Of a stretch of DNA of 64,000 nt, positions 55,722-62,348 are shown in pieces. Under the pieces are notes generated by a model. It was not told where the DNA came from, made no database searches, and saw only the letters and a list, made by a program, of their open reading frames with translations. A program made the translations under genes and the position numbers. Within the stretch, counting starts at the first letter, position 1, and each line of letters begins with the position of its first letter. Source of the DNA: a bacterium (lineage in GTDB: Bacteria > Cyanobacteriota > Vampirovibrionia > Vampirovibrionales > Vampirovibrionaceae); assembly GCA_030429585.1 (NCBI GenBank), contig JAUIEU010000001.1:427994-491993 (forward strand), in the 5' to 3' direction.

Positions 55722-55765
55722 GGTGACTTGAGCAGTAAAGGTTAAATTCTGGTAGAGTAGCCCTT

Positions 55766-55996
55766 ATGATTGAATTAACCCGTTTTAACGGCAGCGTGTA
55801 TTTTTTAAACCCGGATTGGGTGGTTTCTCTAGAGGCGACCCCGGATACGGTGGTGCACTTGGCCAATGGTGATAGCCTGCTGGTAAAAGAAACCCCTGCA
55901 GAAGTAATGGAACGCTTTGAAGCGTACAAAGCCCGCGTGAATGCCCCCCTGCCCACTATTGTGGTTAAGGGCGGCCCAGATGAAGACGATTCGTAA
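55766..55996 (+). CDS. flbD: Flagellar protein FlbD (SwrD-like)
   Basis: MIELTRFNGSVYFLNPDWVVSLEATPDTVVHLANGDSLLVKETPAEVMERF matches the FlbD pattern (MI.LTRLNG..F.LN...IE..E.TPDT.I.L.NG.K..V.ES..E). Confidence 0.8.
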   Translation: MIELTRFNGSVYFLNPDWVVSLEATPDTVVHLANGDSLLVKETPAEVMERFEAYKARVNAPLPTIVVKGGPDEDDS

Positions 55997-56087
55997 CAAT
56001 TGGGGTTGTTGCGGTTAGTGTAGTAGCTTGTCCTGTCTACAATAGGGCTATCTGTTTCTTTTAATTGTGCCGGAAAGACCTTGCCTT

Positions 56088-56828
56088 ATGCCAACCACTG
56101 CCACGCCTGATGTAACCACCCCTGCTGCCAGCCCTATATCCGTGCTAGACCACGGCTTTGTGGAGCTAGTGGATACACTAGGCAGCGATTTAACGGTGGT
56201 AAACAGTGCCCGCGTTAGTTTTGGTAAACGCAAAACGGAGATGAGCGAGGGCGATGTTAAGCTGATTAATTTTTTGGCGAAGCACCAACACTGGAGCCCA
56301 TTTCGCCATGTGCAAATGCAATTCCACTGCAAGGTGCCAGAGTTTGTTGCCCGCCAATGGTACAAACACGTGGTGGGTATTGCTTATACCGAGCATGCCA
56401 CGGTAGACCATGCCTGGAATGAAATCTCGTTGCGGTATGTCAACGCCAGTGATTTTGATGTGTACGTGCCGGATGGCTTCCGCCAACAAAGTGACGACAA
56501 CAAGCAGGCTAGCACGGATGATGTGGTAAACGACCCTGAGGGTAAACTGCGCCAACAGTATGTCGATCATTGCCGCCAGGCCTTAACCCTGTACGAAACC
56601 TTGTTAGAGCAAGGTGTGGCCCGCGAGCAGGCCCGTGGTGTGCTGCCCCTAAACATTTACACCGAGTTTTACTGGACGGTGAGCCTGCAGGCCCTGGCTA
56701 ACTTTATCCAACTGCGCACCCATGCCGGTGCCCAGTATGAAATTAGGTTGTATGCCAAGGCGCTAGAACAACTGATTGCCGACGTGGTGCCGGTGTCGTA
56801 TGAGGCGTTGTTAGCTGTAGAAAGCTAG
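56088..56828 (+). CDS. thyX: Flavin-dependent thymidylate synthase homolog (ThyX family), divergent signature motif
   Basis: Collinear with T. maritima ThyX (LDHGFVELVD, HWSPFRH, FVARQW, NEISLRY, VAREQARGVLPLNIYTEFYWT, LRTHAGAQYEIR). The start is placed at ATG 56088. Confidence 0.8.
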   Translation: MPTTATPDVTTPAASPISVLDHGFVELVDTLGSDLTVVNSARVSFGKRKTEMSEGDVKLINFLAKHQHWSPFRHVQMQFHCKVPEFVARQWYKHVVGIAYTEHATVDHAWNEISLRYVNASDFDVYVPDGFRQQSDDNKQASTDDVVNDPEGKLRQQYVDHCRQALTLYETLLEQGVAREQARGVLPLNIYTEFYWTVSLQALANFIQLRTHAGAQYEIRLYAKALEQLIADVVPVSYEALLAVES

Positions 56829-57328
56829 TTGCTGGATATAATAATCGGCTTCTTTTTTGTCGTGTCGTTAGGTGGCGTAGACCTCTTGTCCGTATCAACA
56901 TCCTTGTAACATTCAAATTCTATTGTTTCCCATTCATCTGGGAGTCTAGATATTCCATCGATATGTATGGGTCCATATGTAATATCTTTGTCTATTTTGC
57001 AATCATTGGGGTCTACACCCGTATCATAGCCTGTTGTATTCCCATTTTTATCGTGAATAAATGTTGTAGAGAAACCATCTTTATCTGGTTTTTTATGGCC
57101 TATATAGGCATAGGTCTTTCGTCCATTAAGGCCCTCTTCTTCTTTGTGGTAATGAAGGTGACCATTTTTATCTATGATGACTTGAGATTCATCCCCGCCA
57201 TTTTCTTTGACGAGATCGAGAAACTTTTGGTACAGCCATTCGGCCTCAGTTGGTGGGTTTTGCTTGCTAGCTGAGTCTGAAAATGGGCTTGTACTGGCTG
57301 TATATGTTGATGGTGGATAGATATTCAT
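56825..57328 (-). CDS. Hypothetical protein (167 aa), AT-rich orphan
   Basis: ORF only, with a Ser/Thr-rich N-terminus and a Lys-rich C-terminus. Its stop overlaps the thyX stop (CTAG). Confidence 0.5.
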   Translation of the reverse strand: MNIYPPSTYTASTSPFSDSASKQNPPTEAEWLYQKFLDLVKENGGDESQVIIDKNGHLHYHKEEEGLNGRKTYAYIGHKKPDKDGFSTTFIHDKNGNTTGYDTGVDPNDCKIDKDITYGPIHIDGISRLPDEWETIEFECYKDVDTDKRSTPPNDTTKKKPIIISSN

Positions 57329-57481
57329 AAATGTCCCCTTAGTGATGCTTTTGCATAAAGTGTTGTTTGGATTAAATAATAATAGTTTGTCTATAAATTG
57401 TTACGGTTATTTGGTCCATTATATGGCTATGTTTAGCGTGTTACACTGGCCCTATTAAGCAATTTAAAAGGATATTTTTCT

Positions 57482-57928
57482 ATGCCTACCGCTGAAACGA
57501 TTGACGCTCCAGACTTAAGCAAAACCCTACCCCGTAGCCCCTTTGAGTTACTGGCGGGCTATATATTACTGCCACGGATTATTGATAAATGCCGGGCTGA
57601 TGCGGCGGGCACGTTGGGAGAGTATAGCAGCGGGTGTGGGCTGGATCTCCAGTTTTTTAACCACTTTAACCTGGGCTACGAGAGTTTTAAGGAGTACGTG
57701 GCTACCGGTGCCAGCGATAATGACGTGGTGGATTGGCTCACCACTCAAATTGCGCCTGCCGCCCGCACGAATGAGGCGTTGGCCGCTTGGGCTTACGACA
57801 TGCGCTGCTATGCCCCCGAATCGCCCGAAAAGAAGGCCTACTTTGAGCAATACCGGCAAAAAGTAGCCCCCACCCGGTTTGATATAACCACGTGGTTAAT
57901 GCTTCTCCATACGGAAGAGAACGGCTAG
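57482..57928 (+). CDS. DUF5069-like protein
   Basis: N-terminal LPRSPFELLAGYILLPRIIDKCRA resembles the DUF5069 signature as I recall it. 148 aa, function unknown. Confidence 0.65.
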   Translation: MPTAETIDAPDLSKTLPRSPFELLAGYILLPRIIDKCRADAAGTLGEYSSGCGLDLQFFNHFNLGYESFKEYVATGASDNDVVDWLTTQIAPAARTNEALAAWAYDMRCYAPESPEKKAYFEQYRQKVAPTRFDITTWLMLLHTEENG

Positions 57929-57993
57929 TTAGAATAAGCGGACGAAATAAGGCACATTTACAGGTTTAGCAGCGTTTGTACATGCGTATGCGC

Positions 57994-59967
57994 ATGTCTC
58001 CCTCCACACTTGATGTGGCAGGCCGGTTAGCACTGACTGTAGACACACCCACTACAGTGCCGCCCGGCTTAGCTAATACCACCACGCCGAATGCCGTTAA
58101 ACCCAATGGCACTGGCGGGGCGATAGCGTTTGGCGGGGTAAAAGAGGCGATGGGGGGGGTGTTAACCAAAGGCACCTTGGGTAAAGGCTTTAGTTGGCTA
58201 GAAAAACAGCCCCGAGGCATTGAGCTGTTGGTGGAAGATATTTTAGGCTTTGCCGTGCTGCGTAGCATTTTGGATACCATGCGCGGTATTTTTTACGGCA
58301 CGGGCGAATTGTCCTGGTCTGCTGGGCGAGAGCGTATTTTGCGGGAATCCTTTTCCGTTTTTACCGATTTGTTTATCCCAGGCATGGTGGCTTTGGGCCT
58401 AGGCAAACTGTTGGATAAATCCAATGGGGGCTTTTCTACCCGATTTACCAGTATCGATCACCTAAACCTGTTTCAGGATGTGCTTAAACAGGATAAGCCG
58501 ACAACGCCAACACGGTTTTTAAAGGAAATTGCCAATCGCTTGGCCACAGCGCGCCCTCACGAAAAATCTCGGCGCCAGGCAACGGCCCCGGCTAAGCAAC
58601 TGGCGGATATTTTGGCCAAACCAATGGATGCCGTGCTGGATAAGGCCACTGTTAAGGCAGAGCTGGCCAACTTTAGGCCTAATGTTTCGGAAGACGTTGT
58701 TCAGTCTATTCATCAGGCGTTACAACCCAGTGGCAATGGGTTGCCTAAATCCACGGTGGCGTTGCGCAACACCTTAGAAAAAGCCGGGATTCCAAAGGCC
58801 AGTAAAGCGGCCAAAGCCCTGCGTGGCAACTATGCAGCCGCAGTAGGCACAGAGCTGGCCAAAGCCTTGGATTTTAAGCAGTTTGAGGTCACCGTTGGCA
58901 AGCGCCACATTAACCTAAAATCATTAGCGGAAGATTGGTTAGGCCTAGTGGATGAATTGCCGGCTAAAATCCACGATGCGCAATCGGTAACGGTTGGGGC
59001 TAAAGTGTTTGACAGGCAAACCATCCATAAGTTTGTGCGCCGTACCAGCCGTAACCGAGGGGTGCAGTTATTGGCCTTGGTGGCTGGGTTAGGGGCAACA
59101 GCACTAGCGCCCATTATTAACCACCGCATTACCCAAAAGCTGGATAAAACTAAGGATTACCCGGCCCTGCGCGGCTTGTATAAAAAGCCCCACGAGGCCA
59201 AGGGTAAATCGGATAAATACCAACCCTGGCTAGATAGCTTAGGTAAAGATACTCGTAAAACCGTGGAAGAAAACGCCCCCTTCGTTATGGAATCCCTTGA
59301 TGAGGGGAACCCCATGCCCTTGGTGGGTTCGTTATTACCATTGGTGGTGGCTGCTGGCTTTTTCGATACGGTAAACCGCCGATTTAGGTTCCCTGGGGGC
59401 GGGCGGTTTAAGCAGCTGTACGATTACGGCAAGGTGTTTCCTTATGTGGCCCAACAGCAAATTGCCTCGTTGTATGCCATTTTAATTGCCTCGCGTTTGT
59501 TTAGCGCCCGTGTAGACCACGAATATTACGAGCGTGTGATTGATTCCATTGCTGGGTTTAGTATTTGGATTTTAGGGACGCCCTTCCTCAAACAAGTGTT
59601 TTCTATGGGGGCCGGGGCCTTTGATAGCGAACGCGGTGGCGATAACCCGTTGATTAAAAAAGTGGGCCAATACGGGCGACGGACCTTAAAATCTGCGGCA
59701 GAAGTGGATTTGATGAGTATGGGTAAAGCGCAAAAAGACAAACTAAAACACAAGCTTAAGTTGGCTGGGCGTGGGGCGTTGGTGGCTAATATTGCTATTT
59801 TAGGCCTGGTGGAGCCCTTGTTTGCTATTTTCCTGACCAAGTGGCGCAGCGAAAAACAACAACAAGCCGCATGGAAAAAAATGTACAAAACCATTAATCC
59901 GCTAGAATCCGTGGCCCAGCGGGCGCAGGTTACAGCGGCCAAGGCGGCCATGCCTCAGGCTACCTGA
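57994..59967 (+). CDS. Hypothetical membrane protein (~657 aa), distant paralog of 3840-5633
   Basis: Long ORF (the track starts it at TTG 57976, with in-frame ATGs at 57982, 57988 and 57994). It has several hydrophobic segments and a Lys-rich middle. It is co-directional with malQ and glgP. Confidence 0.6.
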   Translation: MSPSTLDVAGRLALTVDTPTTVPPGLANTTTPNAVKPNGTGGAIAFGGVKEAMGGVLTKGTLGKGFSWLEKQPRGIELLVEDILGFAVLRSILDTMRGIFYGTGELSWSAGRERILRESFSVFTDLFIPGMVALGLGKLLDKSNGGFSTRFTSIDHLNLFQDVLKQDKPTTPTRFLKEIANRLATARPHEKSRRQATAPAKQLADILAKPMDAVLDKATVKAELANFRPNVSEDVVQSIHQALQPSGNGLPKSTVALRNTLEKAGIPKASKAAKALRGNYAAAVGTELAKALDFKQFEVTVGKRHINLKSLAEDWLGLVDELPAKIHDAQSVTVGAKVFDRQTIHKFVRRTSRNRGVQLLALVAGLGATALAPIINHRITQKLDKTKDYPALRGLYKKPHEAKGKSDKYQPWLDSLGKDTRKTVEENAPFVMESLDEGNPMPLVGSLLPLVVAAGFFDTVNRRFRFPGGGRFKQLYDYGKVFPYVAQQQIASLYAILIASRLFSARVDHEYYERVIDSIAGFSIWILGTPFLKQVFSMGAGAFDSERGGDNPLIKKVGQYGRRTLKSAAEVDLMSMGKAQKDKLKHKLKLAGRGALVANIAILGLVEPLFAIFLTKWRSEKQQQAAWKKMYKTINPLESVAQRAQVTAAKAAMPQAT

Positions 59968-60032
59968 CCGAGAAGCCCCTCTGTGGTAGGGTAAAGGGCT
60001 AATTTATGCGTTAATCCACGGTTTGCCTTCTA

Positions 60033-62279
60033 ATGACTGTTGCCTTATCTTCAGAATCCACCGAGACCTTGCCCGACCGGCTATGTACGGAGACCCTCCA
60101 CCAGCTCGCCAAGGCCTACGGCATCTATACAGAATATGCCGATGCCTTTGGCACCCAAGCCGTGCCGCCGAACGAAACCTTGGTTAAAATCTTACAGGTA
60201 TTTGGGGTGGATACAGCCAATACCCCAGCCTTACAGGCCAGCTTGCAAGCAAAAACACTACAGGGGTACCAAACCGTGGTGCCGCCTAGCTATGTGGTTA
60301 GCGTTACGGATGAATTAACGGGCGAGCAAATTGGGGTACCTATCCATTTGCCTGTGGCCCAGGCGTCTCACGTTTTTCGGTGGCAGGTGCAGCTAGAAGG
60401 GGGCCATACCACCCTAGAGGGCGATTACCAGTTTACTGATGCTGAAGTAACCTATACCGATGAGGCGACAGGGGTTACCTACGGCAAGTATTGGCTTCAC
60501 TTATCGGAAAAACTGCCCTTTGGGTACCACACCTTAGTGCTGCATGGCTCGCAACAGGGCGATCGTTGGCAGGGCGCGTTTATCTACACGCCTAACCAAT
60601 GCTACCTGCCCAAGGCAATGGCACCCCGCTGGGGGGTTGCGGTACAGCTGTATGCCCAGCAATCCGCCAGTAACATGGGGGTGGGCAACCTAACGGATTT
60701 AGCGGCTATTTGCCAGTGGGCAGGCGGCCAGGGGGCTAGTATGGTGGGGGTAAACCCACTGCACAGCTTGTTCCCGTCGCGTCCAGGGCACCATAGCCCG
60801 TATTCGCCAGCCAGCCGCTTGTTTGGCAACGTACTGTATATCGACCCTCAATCCACACCAGAGTGGGTCCGTAGCCGAGAGGCTGACAAGGCCATGGCCC
60901 AGTATGCCGAGATTATTGCCAAGTGTCGGCGGGCGGATGCGGTGGATTACGTGACCCTAACGCCGGTATTGATGGCTATTTTTAATGGTTTGTTTAGCAC
61001 CTTTGTGGCCAAAGAACTAAACCGAGAGACTCCACGGGCTGCCGAATTTGAAGCTTTTTGTGAGGAGCAAGGCGAGGCCCTGTTGCGTTACGCCACCTTT
61101 ATGGCCATTAGCGAAGCCCAAGATAGGGATGCAGGCCACACCGTGTGTTGGTGGGATTGGCCAACATCACTCCAGCAGGCCGAAAACCCAGCGGTGGAGA
61201 CCTTTGCCCGCGAGCACTACGATCGGGTTACTTTTTACCAGTACCTGCAATTTGTCCTCCACCAGCAACTTGCTACGGTGCAAGCTGCTACGGATAAGGC
61301 GGGCATGGCCATTGGCCTGTACGGCGATTTAGCGGTGGGGAGTGATGTGAGTGGGGCAGATGTATGGCAAAACCCCAGCCTGTATGCGCGCAATGTGCGT
61401 GTGGGCTGCCCGCCAGATGATTGCAACCGCCTTGGCCAAGATTGGGGGCTCCCCCCCATAAAGCCGGATGTATTGCAGCAGCAAGGCTACCAGCCGTGGG
61501 CGGCCTTGTTGGCGGCCAACATGCAACATATGGGGGCTATTCGTATCGACCATGCCATGGCCATGTTGCGCCTGTTTTGGATACCGGAAGGCATGAACGG
61601 CACCCAAGGCACCTACGTGAGTTACCCCTACTACGATATGCTGGGGGTGTTGGCCTTAGAAAGCCACCGTAACCAGTGCGTGGTGATTGGCGAAGATTTG
61701 GGTACGGTTCCGCCAGAAATTTTTGAAAGTTTCCCGCGTTGGAATGTGCATTCCTACCGATTATTGTATTTCCAGCGCCAGCAAAACGGTCAGTTTATCC
61801 CGCCAAACCAATACCCGCCCATGGCCATGGCCACCTTATCTACCCATGATTTAGCTACCTTGCCCGGCTTTTGGGAATCGTCTGACATTGCCGTGCGAGA
61901 CTCCTTAGGGTTGTACCCTACCCCAGAAGTGCATGCCAGCATTGCCAATGCCCGCCCAGAAGAAAAGCAGGCCTTGGTCACCGCTCTCCACCAACAGGGC
62001 CTGTGGCCAACGGCAACGGTGCCAGATGCTTGGACGATTGAACTCACCGAGGCGGCATACCGTTATTTAGCCAGTACCCCATGCCACTTGGTGATGTGCC
62101 AGATGGAAGATTTAGTGGGTCAGGTGCCACAAGTCAATTTACCCGGCACGGTGAACGAACACCCCAATTGGCAACGAAAAATCACGGTGCCTATCGAAGG
62201 TTGGCTAACCCATGCGTCTATTCAGCAAGTGTGCCAGGCCATGGGGTCTGTGCGCCAACAGGCCCACGTGCCCCTGTAA
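60033..62279 (+). CDS. malQ: 4-alpha-glucanotransferase (amylomaltase), long MalQ form
   Basis: GH77 catalytic motifs are present: GAIRIDHAMAMLRLFWIP, VVIGEDLGTVP and LSTHDLATLPG. 748 aa with an N-terminal extension, as in enterobacterial MalQ. Confidence 0.92.
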   Translation: MTVALSSESTETLPDRLCTETLHQLAKAYGIYTEYADAFGTQAVPPNETLVKILQVFGVDTANTPALQASLQAKTLQGYQTVVPPSYVVSVTDELTGEQIGVPIHLPVAQASHVFRWQVQLEGGHTTLEGDYQFTDAEVTYTDEATGVTYGKYWLHLSEKLPFGYHTLVLHGSQQGDRWQGAFIYTPNQCYLPKAMAPRWGVAVQLYAQQSASNMGVGNLTDLAAICQWAGGQGASMVGVNPLHSLFPSRPGHHSPYSPASRLFGNVLYIDPQSTPEWVRSREADKAMAQYAEIIAKCRRADAVDYVTLTPVLMAIFNGLFSTFVAKELNRETPRAAEFEAFCEEQGEALLRYATFMAISEAQDRDAGHTVCWWDWPTSLQQAENPAVETFAREHYDRVTFYQYLQFVLHQQLATVQAATDKAGMAIGLYGDLAVGSDVSGADVWQNPSLYARNVRVGCPPDDCNRLGQDWGLPPIKPDVLQQQGYQPWAALLAANMQHMGAIRIDHAMAMLRLFWIPEGMNGTQGTYVSYPYYDMLGVLALESHRNQCVVIGEDLGTVPPEIFESFPRWNVHSYRLLYFQRQQNGQFIPPNQYPPMAMATLSTHDLATLPGFWESSDIAVRDSLGLYPTPEVHASIANARPEEKQALVTALHQQGLWPTATVPDAWTIELTEAAYRYLASTPCHLVMCQMEDLVGQVPQVNLPGTVNEHPNWQRKITVPIEGWLTHASIQQVCQAMGSVRQQAHVPL

Positions 62280-62348
62280 TCGGCGTGTTTATTAGGTATA
62301 ATAGGCGCCACTAACGGCTTAACCATTGTTTTAAAGGATTCTCATTGT

